A stretch of 64,000 bases of DNA, taken from an uncultured Mollicutes bacterium (GTDB lineage Bacteria > Bacillota_I > Bacilli_A > RF39 > UBA660). Position 1 is the stretch's first letter; every line of letters starts with the position of its first letter. The DNA lies in NCBI GenBank assembly GCA_900550145.1, contig URRF01000001.1, forward strand, positions 19,886 to 83,885, written 5' to 3'. Below are positions 9,062 to 20,600 of this stretch, one piece after another. The notes under the pieces are model-generated. The model saw only the letters and a list, made by a program, of their open reading frames with translations. It had not been told where the DNA came from and did no database searches. The translations under genes were made by a program, and so were the position numbers.

Positions 9062-9610
9062 ATGAGTAAAATACCTTATGTTTTAGCAGACGCTGTTTAT
9101 TATGCAGCAACAACTCCAGATGATGGAACTCTTTATGATACATTAGTTAAAATGTTTGATACTTTAGATCATGTTGGTGTTAATGTTTATCGTGAAGACG
9201 AAACCGTTAAACTTCCTGTTTATAGTAAACAAGGAGATGCTTGTATGGACGTTTATGTTCATAGTATAGAAGAAAAAGATGATCGTGTAATTTATCATAC
9301 AGGACTTCATTTTAAACTTCCTGAAGATTATGAAATGGAAATTCGTCCAAGAAGTAGTAATACTAAAACTATGGCTATAATGCAAAATAGTCCTGGTACT
9401 CTTGATGAAGGCTATACTGGTGAACTTATGATAGTTCATAGAGCCATTGACGCTCCATTTGTGCCTGTTATTGAATATAACGTTGGAGATAGAGTTGCTC
9501 AAATTCTTGTTCGGCATCGTGAACAAATTATTTGGGACGAAGTAGAAACTATTGAAGAGCTTGGCGAAACTGAACGTGGAGCTGGCGGATTTGGTAGTAC
9601 AGGTAAATAA
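9062..9610 (+). CDS. dut: dUTP pyrophosphatase (dUTPase)
   Basis: All five trimeric dUTPase motifs in order: GDACMDVY, RPRSS, TLDEGYTGEL, GDRVAQIL, ERGAGGFGSTG. Confidence 0.9.
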   Translation: MSKIPYVLADAVYYAATTPDDGTLYDTLVKMFDTLDHVGVNVYREDETVKLPVYSKQGDACMDVYVHSIEEKDDRVIYHTGLHFKLPEDYEMEIRPRSSNTKTMAIMQNSPGTLDEGYTGELMIVHRAIDAPFVPVIEYNVGDRVAQILVRHREQIIWDEVETIEELGETERGAGGFGSTGK

Positions 9611-9633
9611 CAAACTTTAATAATTAAACAATC

Positions 9634-9939
9634 ATGATTGCATTTGATATTTTTTATTGTGCTATAATACTATCTGTAATAGCTATTATAATATATCTTT
9701 ATATTAAACTTAAACAGCCCATTATTAATCTTATTAATACTATTAAATCTGTTTATGAACTTCTTGGTAAATTTGGTTTTATTAAACAAGATTTAGATAA
9801 TACAATTAAACAAATAAATGCTGCTCGTAGAGATATTGCTTCTATTAAAAGTAGAGTTAATGAAATTAATGACGCTGTTATTGTAAATAAAATTAATAAT
9901 AAGCAAAATGTTGCTAAAACTAAGAATAATAAACAATAA
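9634..9939 (+). CDS. small membrane-anchored coiled-coil protein (101 aa)
   Basis: N-terminal TM helix (FYCAIILSVIAIIIYLYI) followed by a heptad-like helical region. Same architecture as the 10131-10598 product. Confidence 0.5.
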   Translation: MIAFDIFYCAIILSVIAIIIYLYIKLKQPIINLINTIKSVYELLGKFGFIKQDLDNTIKQINAARRDIASIKSRVNEINDAVIVNKINNKQNVAKTKNNKQ

Positions 9940-9973
9940 TAAACAAATAATAAGCTATAAATGGTGATGATTT

Positions 9974-10095
9974 CTCTACGGGGGATTCCACGAAGCGTAG
10001 CGGAGTGGGTATTGCTTATAAAAATCAAATTGCTAATTTTGTATATTTTGATGTTGATGCTCGTCGCTTTGCTCCTCGCGATTCCCCGTAGAGGA
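9974..10095. repeat. 122-bp intergenic inverted-repeat element whose termini are the GC-rich motif (possible ncRNA or DNA cruciform)
   Basis: CTCTACGGGGGATT (9974-9987) pairs with GATTCCCCGTAGAG (10080-10093) for about 14 bp including G-T pairs. An inner 7-bp pairing joins CGAAGCG (9991-9997) to CGCTTTG (10054-10060). The centre is AT-rich. The arms are much more GC-rich than the rest of the genome. Confidence 0.6.
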
Positions 10096-10130
10096 GTTGT
10101 AACCAATCATAGCTATTAATCCGATTAATT

Positions 10131-10598
10131 ATGAATGTATTTTTGATTATATCGATTTCAACAATATTAGTTATATTAATATTGTTACTTAGATACTTGA
10201 TAGTATCTATTGAAGATCTTAAAGCTCAAATTGTTGCTTATAAAGAGCAAATTATTAAAGGTCAAGGTTATACTGATGATTTATTAAATGATATTTCTAA
10301 AGATGTTGAATATATTCGTACTAATGTAAATCATAAAGATATGTATAATACTTGTATTGAACTTATTAGAACTACACATAATACGTTACTTGATTATATA
10401 AATAAAGCTGGTAGACTTGGTGAAAGTACAACAAATCGTCTTATAAATATTACTAATGAAATTGGATTTACTCGTGGAGATATTAATAATATAAACGATA
10501 AAATTACAGGTATTGCTCTTATGGTTAATCGTATTGATGACAATACTACACCTAAAACGAAAATTAAAGCTAAAAATAGCTTTAAGAAATCAGAGTAA
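10131..10598 (+). CDS. membrane-anchored coiled-coil protein (155 aa)
   Basis: N-terminal TM helix (FLIISISTILVILILLL) plus a helical ectodomain. Last gene of the + block. Confidence 0.5.
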   Translation: MNVFLIISISTILVILILLLRYLIVSIEDLKAQIVAYKEQIIKGQGYTDDLLNDISKDVEYIRTNVNHKDMYNTCIELIRTTHNTLLDYINKAGRLGESTTNRLINITNEIGFTRGDINNINDKITGIALMVNRIDDNTTPKTKIKAKNSFKKSE

Positions 10599-10635
10599 TA
10601 TAATTATATTAAGTCGTAGATATATTGCGAAATTA

Positions 10636-10649
10636 AGCTAAAAATAGCT
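10636..10649. promoter_or_regulatory. AGCT-N6-AGCT mini-palindrome, copy M3 (AGCTAAAAATAGCT)
   Basis: Same 14-mer as M2. Lies between the last + gene and the convergent terminator. Confidence 0.35.
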
Positions 10650-10677
10650 ATTGTAACGCAAGTTAGCACCCATAGAA

Positions 10678-10718
10678 AAGCCCGTAGCAGACATTAGTTT
10701 GTTACGGGCTTATTTTTT
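10678..10718. terminator. bidirectional intrinsic terminator at the convergence of the + and - blocks
   Basis: Stem AAGCCCGTA (10678-10686) / TACGGGCTT (10703-10711) extends inward with G-T pairs to about 14 bp. A T6 run follows on the + strand and TTTCTAT on the - strand. Confidence 0.7.
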
Positions 10719-10736
10719 AAGACGTTTAACTACTGG

Positions 10737-11336
10737 TTAACGTTCAATAATAACTCTACCTTTAGAATCAAGTTTACAACCATTAGGAAATTTAAGTTCA
10801 TAAAGAGTTACAAATTCATCATAATTTCCTCTAAAAATAAAGTTATGATTAACAACATATATGGACTTTTTAGTTGTGGCAGCAAGAAGAGCAAGATTAT
10901 CATCTGCACAAGGGTGAGGTACAGCTGGACGAAGTAAAGCATTAAGTGCTTCATAAAATCTTTGTCTATGACAACCAGCCCAAGCTACAAATTCTTTTTC
11001 TGGTATTTCAACAAAATTACCATATAATTGAATATGCTTAAGTATATATCCTATAATCAAACCAGCGTATGAAGATTTATTTAGCCAATAAGGAAACATA
11101 TCTCCAATAGATTGCATACATACACAATAATTACCAAGTTTAACTTGTTTAGAAACAGAAATAAATTCTTTAGGAACAGATTCTTCTTTTAAAGATACAG
11201 TAATATGTCTATCGACATATTCAGGATCAATAGTAAATGGAGTAGCAATAATATTTTTTACTTTATTAGTACTTTTATCTGCAATAATTTCTTTAACTTT
11301 TTTATTAGCTTTAGTTTCAAAACTGAATTGAGGCAT
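10737..11336 (-). CDS. hypothetical protein, possible winged-helix DNA-binding protein (199 aa)
   Basis: Last gene of the minus block and visibly GC-richer than its neighbours. The segment EFVAWAGCHRQRFYEALNALLRP resembles a wHTH recognition region. Weak call. Confidence 0.4.
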   Translation of the reverse strand: MPQFSFETKANKKVKEIIADKSTNKVKNIIATPFTIDPEYVDRHITVSLKEESVPKEFISVSKQVKLGNYCVCMQSIGDMFPYWLNKSSYAGLIIGYILKHIQLYGNFVEIPEKEFVAWAGCHRQRFYEALNALLRPAVPHPCADDNLALLAATTKKSIYVVNHNFIFRGNYDEFVTLYELKFPNGCKLDSKGRVIIER

Positions 11337-11381
11337 AGTTTAATTATGTGTTAAATTATTATATAATAAATATAGCAAATA

Positions 11382-11443
11382 ATCTGCACCATAACGCATA
11401 TTTCATGTTAAAAAAACTGTTAAATGTGCGCCACGGTGCAGAT
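11382..11443 (-). other. imperfect long hairpin in the leader of the 199-aa gene
   Basis: ATCTGCACC (11382-11390) / GGTGCAGAT (11435-11443), plus inner CGCATATTT / AAATGTGCG pairing around an A7 loop. Confidence 0.4.
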
Positions 11444-11550
11444 TTAACATTTCTAACTATTTGATAATCAATGATTTACAAATATTCCCTATTAATAATA
11501 TATAGCTACTATACGCACTATTATATGCAATATACTCTTGGTCATGTGCA

Positions 11551-11585
11551 AATATAAAAATAGCTGGAGAATGAACTCCAGCTAT
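11551..11585 (-). terminator. rho-independent terminator after the 4539-aa gene
   Basis: Stem TAGCTGGAG (11561-11569) / CTCCAGCTA (11576-11584) with a 6-nt loop. On the minus strand it is followed by TTTTTATATTT. Lies 25 nt after the stop at 11610. Confidence 0.7.
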
Positions 11586-11609
11586 ATAATTACCATCAAT
11601 AATATTTAT

Positions 11610-14600
11610 TTAATCAGGATTAATTTGGTCAGCAATATATTTACTAATTTTCATATTTAATGCTTTCTCATTAATTCTATAATAACTATTATTTTTAGTC
11701 ATATTATTAAGTCTTTCAATAACTCTATAAAGAGGAATATTACGTTTAACAAGAACATCTATTTTATTTCTTCCTTTATAAATACCAGTACTATAAACAG
11801 GATCAAAATCTTCATCAAATAACCAACGAGCAGTATAATCCATAATCTTAATTAAATCACTTGGGCCATTATATGCAGCAATAGGACTCGACCAAAGAGT
11901 TTTACCTTCTGAATAAAGTCCCCACGGAGTGTACATTTGAGATTCAGAAAGAAGTCTATCTGCAAGATATAATCCTGTAGCAACAACATTACTTTCTTTT
12001 TCATCATCGTCATCTGTCATAGCATATATAGTAACTCCTAATAATAAAGCACTAAGAATACCATATAAATCACCAAGACAACGTTTAACAGCATTACGCT
12101 CCCACGGAGACATTAAGTTCCAATTAGTTTTAATATTGGTTATAGTATTTATTACAGCTTTAAAAGTATTTTGAACAGAAGCAACAGCTATACCAACATA
12201 TCCATCTCCTTGTTTTTTAGCGTCGCTAACAACATTTCTAAATTCTTTACTAAGAAAATCAACAAAAGCAACATAAGAACCTACTTCTATAGTATTAGTT
12301 TGCTCATTATAATATCCACGACGACGAAAACGTTTCATAACACCGGGATATAAATGTTTATGATATTGCATAACTAAACTACCCCACCAAGTAAATTCAA
12401 TAAGAGCAGCACCAAGTTTATCATAAACACCATGAATTTTCTTATTAAGATTAACAGTTTTATTTTTTATATCATTAATCATATCTGGAGTAATTTCTGC
12501 TCCAGCTTTTGGAACAATTTCTCCATTCTTTAATTCAAGTAGATCAATAATAGCAGGTTTAGTTTTCCATTCTTCTTTAGCTTTTTTAATAGCTTGATTT
12601 TTAGCATGAATATATTCTTGAATTATTTCTTTACTCGCATGTGCTCTAAGGAAATCTTCTATAATATTATGTTTAAAAGTATCATATTTAAATTGTTCAG
12701 TTTTATCTTGTTTAATAATACGTTTAAATTCTTTTAGTTCTTCAAGTAAATCTTTATCTTTAGAAATAATAGAAACCATAGTATCATATTCTAACTTCCA
12801 AATATATTCAGAAAAACTTCCACAACGTTTAACACCGTCTACATCATCAAATATTTTATTAGATTTAAGAACAGCAAATAAAACAGTGTTTTGCATAAAA
12901 TGTTCACCACCAGATTGTAAACTATACATTAAATTACGCATTCTACGAGCATATTCTCCAGCGGTTTCTCCACGAACTCTTTCTGTCATTGCGTCAAAAT
13001 CAACAACTTTAAAATATTTAGTTAATGCGACAGCAAAGTTATCACTTTTATCTTTATACATATCACCAATCATTCGTAAAGAATTATTCATATACATTCC
13101 TATAGCTTCTCTAATATCATTTTTACTAAGATTATCTCCAGCAAATGCTTCACCCATGATATTTGCAAAACCAGTACCAATATTAGATATACCTCCAGTC
13201 ACATTAAAAATCATATATTTAGCAGAAGTAATATTACGAGCTAAATCTGCATATTTATTTAATTTAGACTTTTCTTTAAATTGTTCAAAAATAAGACGAC
13301 GAGTAAAACCATAAACTTGTTTTAAAGTATTATCTTGACTAATTGTATGATAATTATCTTGAATATCAACACTTGTTCTTTTATTAATAACAGGTCTACC
13401 AGTAAATTTACTAATTTTGACAGCTTCAGTATTTTTTAAATCTTCTTGAAGTAAGTATAACCAATTTTTAGCTTTATTACGAGCATTTATAACAACTTGA
13501 TTAGAAATAGCTTCTGCAAATACACTACGATAATCTTTATCAAATAGTTGTTTATCTATTTCAAGATTATGCTTTTTAATTTCTTCATTTTTCTTTTTAG
13601 TATCTTGAAGATATTTACGATAATTTTCGTCTTTTTCTCCAATTCCTTTAGGACGAATTTCTTCTAATTCTTGATAACCTTTACCTTTTAGAAGTTTAAG
13701 CATATCATTTTCAACTTCATAATCATTAGCATAATCAACTTTAGCATTCCATCTATCTTCACTATCGTTTCTAAACTCTAAACCAGTAACTCCTAATAAT
13801 TGATTAACAACCCATTTTGTATCAGTAACAACTTTACGTCTACGAGGAATATAACCTTGTTCAACAAATGTATTATGTTTATTATGTTCAGCAAAAAAAT
13901 CCATAGTTTCTTGAAGTAAACTTTGCATTTCTTTTTCTTTAGGACTTAAAGTAACATAATTATTATAATGTCCATTATCTCTATTATAGTTATTACTATA
14001 TTTTTTATATTTTTTATTTACATATTCATCTTTAACTTGTTTTTCAGCATTTTCATTAGTAGGAACATAACTATAAGTACCTTTAAGAGAACCCTCTGGA
14101 TTAACTTTCATTTCAGTCCAAACACGAAGTGGTTCAAATTTATGTTTATATGGATTATAAACATGATTAACATCAAACCATTCTTTAAAATCACCATTAT
14201 TGCTTGCTTCATTCATAGCAGCATAATAGTATTCATTAGGAATAAAATCAACATTATTTTCTATAAGCTCTCTTGCAGCAGTTTTCTTTTTATTAATATA
14301 TTTATCATTTTTTGGTTCTATATATCCATAAATGTCATTATTAGGAGTATAATTACCGTTATCATCTAATATAATTTCTCCACTATTATCTAATTGACAG
14401 AAAATATTAATAAAAGTATCAAAATCTTTAGTACCTTTTAAATTACTTAAAGCCCAACTAAGTTCTGTATTAAAAGCAGTATTATTAGTTTTAAATTCAA
14501 CTTCTTGTTTAAATTTTTGACGAATCTCTTTTGGTTTACGTTTACCTTTAATATTTCGTAAAGCATTATATAAATTAGCAAGTTCTTCTCTTTCTTCTTC

Positions 14601-17600
14601 AGTAAGTTTAGTAAATATATCTTTAGCGTGAATACGTCCATCTCCACCAAATTCAACAGCTGTAATAGTTTTTCCTAATAATTCATTAATTCTACCTATA
14701 ATTTTAATTCTTCGAGGATTAACTTCTTTTTCATTTTCACTTGGATCACGAAGCATTCGATAAAAACTATCGTCAAATATAGGAAGATTATTAGGAATAT
14801 CTTTTATTAATATAGCTTCTCCAGCGTTACTATCATAACTAAAATCATATTTATGTTTAGTAAGTACTTTTATAGTAGCAATATCTTTATCGCTTAATTT
14901 TCGAGCATCGATATTACCAAATTCATCATAAGCATTAGCATCATCTATTATTTTCTTAATTTTAGCACTATTTAAATTATCTTCATCTTTAAGTATAGAA
15001 AATGCTTCATTAATTTTATCTTTAGCTTCTTTATTAATAACATAATAACTATTATTTTTAATCCATTCATAAGCACTTCTATATTCAATATTTTCTAATC
15101 GTTTATCTAAAGTTTGAGTAGGATTATTTTTCTCATAATGTTTAATAATAGCTAAATTCTTTTCAAGATTTTCTTTAAATTCATCAGTATCATTATAATC
15201 AAAATATTCTTTATCAAGAGCAGATTTAGCTTTAATAAAATTTTTTAATTTAATAGCACGTTCTCTTTCTTCAGGAGATTTAAGAGTTTCAGTATCTTTA
15301 TATTCAGAAGTAAGTTGATTAATTTTCTTATCGATTTCTCTTCTTCTATTACGCTCTTGAGTTGTTAAAGCACTATTTGGTTGATCATCAATAAATTTTT
15401 CATGAATATATTCCATATATTGACGATATTCTTCAGGAGCAGTTTCAAATATCTCTCTAATTAAAGCGTTCTTTTTAATATAATATTCTCGAACAACATG
15501 TTGTTCAACATTATCAGCATACCATTCATCACGCTTAAGTTTAGCAGCAATATATTCTTTACTATCTATACCATATCTATCAAGAGCATCTTTAACAGCG
15601 TCAACTAATTTATCTCTATCAGTAAGAAATTTAGCAGTATAAGGTCTAATAAGTTGTCCATTTGAATTAATAATATTTTCCCATCTAAAACTACCACTTT
15701 TATCTAATATATTATCAAATCTTTTAAGAAACTCATTTTTCTTACGAGGAGCATCTTGCATTGCAGCTTGATTCATAATCCTATTAACAATCTTAACAAT
15801 AACTTGTACTTGTTTATTGCTTAACATTGCAATATCTCCAATATTAGTTTCCCACCAACCAGAATCGCCAAAAGTATCTTTAAGATTAACAACGTTCATT
15901 CGTATATTAGGATTATTAGCAAATTCATTAGCAATATATTTATTAAACATATTATCAAATCCTTGTTTAATAATTGAAGAATTACGAATTTTATTTATAG
16001 AATCACGAATTTTTTGAATATATCTTTTAGTATCTTCGTCCATACCGTCAATAGGAAGACTCATAATATTTCCAAAAGTATCGCCAAATGTAATAGCTTC
16101 AAGTAATAATTTAACTATATTAGAAACTTCATCTGGATTACTTCTTAAAACTTCATATAAATCAGATTCTCCGATATTATATTCTTTATCGCCTATAACA
16201 TAATATTTCATTTGTTTATCGATCATATCAGCATAACTACTAATATAATCGCTAAGAATATGATATATATTTCTTCTATTATCTTTAATATCTTTAGAAC
16301 GATAAGAATTTATACCTTTTATATCTAATTTACGAAGTGCTTTAGCAGCAATATCATCACCTCGTTTTTCAGCTCTTCTAAGAGCAGCAATCATGGCAAC
16401 AGATGTTTCATCTACTTCAGTTATTCTATTAGCATTATCTATATAATCATCAGTTATATCAGTAGTAATAGCATATGCTTCATCATTAAAATTATCTCTA
16501 TTTTCTTGTTGTTGTTTTTCAAATTCTTCTCTAACACTTTCTTCAGTAATATGTTCAATTTTATAATATTTATGGGATTCAGTTTTAGAAGCTAATGCAC
16601 TTCTATAAGCATCACGTTCTTCAATTCTAACTTTTTGAACATTTTCTGTATTATTAGAAGAAACATTATTAATTAAATCTTTATGTAAATTAGATTTAAA
16701 AGCAGGAGACGGAGAATATCTTCTAATAGTAACAAGAATATTACCATTTTCAGTAGGAATATTTTGTGTAATAATATCAGTTTTTCCTACTTGTTCACTA
16801 ATATAAAAAGAATTAGAACGTACAACTCCATAATCACCTTTCTCCTCTACGGGGGATTGAATATAAGTCTCTACATCTTTAAATAGTTTATTAAGTTCAG
16901 CTTTTTGTATTTCAGTGCCGTTAACAGAAACATTCTGAAATTCATTAACATTATCAATAGCATTATTTTCCAAATTAAACTTATAACGAGGAATAATATG
17001 TTCTTTATATTTATCTTTTAATTTTACTTTATTATCCTTATCAATAAAATATTCTTTAGCTCCAATACTTTCAGCTTCAGCAATAACAGTGTTATAAAAA
17101 CTAATATCTCCATATTTGTTATTATTTGGATTAACGCTATAATCACCTGTTTCATTAGGCTCAAGTAAATTCATAGGAATAAGATAAACTCCGCTTTCAT
17201 GTTTGTCTATTTTATATAATGTACTAATTTTATTATCACCAGTACTTCTATTAACAACAATATAATCTTGAGGAGATTTAGTATTTTCAACATTAATTTC
17301 ATTAAGTAAAGTTTTAAATCTACCGTCAAAAGGAATAAATATTAGTCCATTACCTTTATTACAAATATTAAATTGAAAAGCAGTATTACTTATACCTTTA
17401 TTATTTTCAGGTTTACCGAGTTTAATAGATTTACAATATTCTTTATGACTGCGAATAAATTTATCAATAAATTCATTTGTAACTGCACTTGCAGGATTAG
17501 TATAATATCCAAATATTTCTCTAATAGCGGGAACAATACCTGTACCCATATCTTCTATATTTTTATATAAAGAATTATTAGTAATAATTTTATCAACAGC

Positions 17601-20600
17601 ACCTCTTTTAAATTTAAATCCGTCAACAACAAAAGCATATTTAATTAAATCAGCAATAGCAAGTCTAAATATAGGGGATTTATTAAAGAAACTTGTACCA
17701 AATTCAATATAAATATCGTCTATATTTTCAGCAGAATCTGTAAATTTAATGCTTTGATGAGTAAAACCTTTACGTTTAAGTTCAAATTGATTATTAAGAT
17801 TTACATTAAGATAATTAAAAATACCTAAATCTCCATCAATATGCGTTTGAATCCAAGATATTTTTTGAGCAGGAGTAAGAGTATTAAATTTACTAAGTTC
17901 TTCTTCAGTAGGATTAAATATATCTTTAATATCAAAATTAATTTTTTGAGTAGTTTCAAAACCAAATATACGAGAAATTTCAGCATTCCAATAATTAGTA
18001 TCGTTTTCAGTAGATTTAACAATAGCTTCATTATTATCATTTAACCAACCTTCTTTAGTAACAGTTAAAGGAGTATTAAGCATAGGAACTTGAGAATATA
18101 TCATATTCATCATATATTGTTTATATTCTCTATATTGTTTAGGAGTAAATACAACACCTAATTTAACTTGAACAGCATTAAGTACAGCATTATAAACATC
18201 ATTTTCAGTTGGGAACAATTGTTTATTAACGTCAACACTTGTTAATGTAGCATATTTAAAAAATGCAGCTAAAAATGGATAAACACTATTTTCAATATCA
18301 ATATCTCCTCTAACTAATTCATCTAAATCACTAACTTCATTTTTTTCAATTTTAATAAATTCCGGATAAAGTTTTTCGATAAGACGTTTACCTCCGCACA
18401 TTACAGTATTACCAACTTCATTATCAGTAAATCCATAAGCAATAACGTTATCTACAATAGTACGAGTTTCTCTAATAGTTTGTTTTGCACCAAAATTATC
18501 AGGATTACAACAACGAAGAACTTTTTCAAGATTTTTAGTAGTTTTATTAATCTTATCAAAAGCTAAACAAATAGCAATATCAAAAACAGCATTTTTAATA
18601 TCATTATCTTTTTGTGATAATTCAGAAATATTAGTTATTTTGGACGATTCTAAGCGTGATTTTAGCACTTTTGCATTTAACGTGAATTGTTGTTCCTGTA
18701 TAGGCTTTTGCGTTGAAATTTCAGCCCCAAATAGCTCTTTATACGCATTTCTAAATTGTTCGTTGGAGTTCAACGCTAACAATACCGATTCATAGTTAGA
18801 ATAGTCAGTAATATCAGTAGCACCAAGTTTAAAACCAGCTTTAGCAGCTATTCTCTTAACAGCTTTCTGAACAGTATTACCACCTCCTGTAAGATATAAA
18901 CTATTACTTTCATTATTAACTTCGTTAATAGTAGTAATAGCAGGTTGCATTAAAAACGCAATAGCAGTTCTATAATCCATACCTGTATCTATAAGAGTTT
19001 TAAATGTTCCAAAAGTAAATTCATTTTCATTAAAAATAGAACCTTCTTTAATAGCATCAAGAATATGTGCAGTAGTTTGAGAACTATAAACAGTAATTAA
19101 TTCTCCAACAACATTACGATTATTATAACTATTAGCTAATCTATAATGTTTAACTCTTGCAGTAGCAGCTTTATCGATTTCATTAGTTTTCTTACCATCT
19201 TTATCTAATAATATAACATCTCCTTTTTTAGTAGTCTCATTATATAACCCATATGCTTTAACTATCATTTCTGCGTCATAAATAAATTTACCATTAGCAT
19301 CTTTTTCAGTTAAATCATATTCAGCAATAATTTCATGACCTTTTCCTAAATATCCTTTAGCATAATTATTAACACTATTGAAAGTATCTCGTGTAACAGA
19401 AAACGCTTTAAGAGAAGCTCCACCCATAGCATTTTCCATAAAATCCATTTGGTCAAAAGGATTATAAACGCTACGACTAACAGAATCGGCTCCACGAGCT
19501 TTATCCATTTCTTTCATAGCAGATGAAAGTCTATCAAAATTACTTCGAGAATAATTCTCTTCCCTACTATTACTATCAGCCATAATAGCGATCATAGCAT
19601 CAAGAATATTATTGTTTCTAACAACACGAGGTAATTTATCAACTTCATCTAATTTAGAAAACTCATTAAAAGTCAATAGTCCAGCTTCTTTACCAATATT
19701 AGTGAGTTCTTTATAAAGACTATCTCTATTATCTTTTTCTGTACGAAGTTTTTTAACAACATCACGAAGACGTTTTTGAAGTACTTTATATTTATCTTCA
19801 TGAAAATCATCTTCAATATCAGAAGAAATTTTATTATTAATATTATCTTCTATATAATATTTATATTTAGCATAATCAGTTTTAAAATCATCAGCAGAAT
19901 ATTTCTTAATTCTTTTAATATTACCATTTTTATCTTTTACTACTTTAAGAGAATGACAAACGCCATAAACAGAGTCAACGTCAAAGTCAGAACCTGTTTG
20001 AGCAACCCATTCATCAGGTAACATAATAGTACTACCATAAACATCATCAAGAAAACCTACTACTTTAACGATACTAACAGATTGTTTACCTTCAGTAGGA
20101 ATACGATAAGCAAGTTGAATATCAAGACCTTCTTTTTGTATCATTTCAAGAGCTTCTGGAGTATTAGGAATAAGATTGCTCCAACGAGGAATCATAACTT
20201 CAGCATATGCTTCTTGTTTAACTTCATATTTATTTTTATCTTCATCAGATAATTTGTCATACTCGGTTTCTTCTATTTTAACTCCAGTTTCTTTATTAAC
20301 AATAACTTTTGGGTGATATTTAAGTTCTCTAAGTTTACCATTATTGTCTAAAACTTTCATTCCATGACCAACTTGGGTAACCTGTGCAGCATGCCAACCA
20401 GGAAATTTTTGTCTCGTAATACTACTATTAAATATAGCTTGTGCTATACTTTCAAGTTTACTACTAACGTTATTCATATAATTAGGCATAGCTGGATTAC
20501 CAAATTCATCAGGAGTTAAATATTCTATAAAATTAGAATCCATACCAAGACGCTGAGCTTCAATACGAGCTTTCTTATAAAAATCAGTAAAATCTAATGT

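Noticed and set aside
9753-10106. 117-aa minus-strand ORF spanning the intergenic inverted-repeat element.
   Set aside because: It overlaps the 3-prime half of the 9634-9939 gene antisense. It reads straight through both repeat arms (giving TPLRG and TLRG from the motif) and has no sensible start context. The region is more plausibly non-coding.
12886-14369. Plus-strand ORFs of 60-183 aa listed inside the big minus-strand genes (e.g. 12886-13314, 13968-14369, 20976-21395, 21399-21734, 26531-26875, 57581-58132), and the minus-strand ORFs inside plus-strand genes (e.g. 9164-9613, 6530-6868).
   Set aside because: All lie antisense or out of frame within much longer, well-behaved ORFs. Their composition is low-complexity I/F/L/S/N/K-rich, as expected from reading AT-rich codons in the wrong frame. 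I treat them as non-coding.
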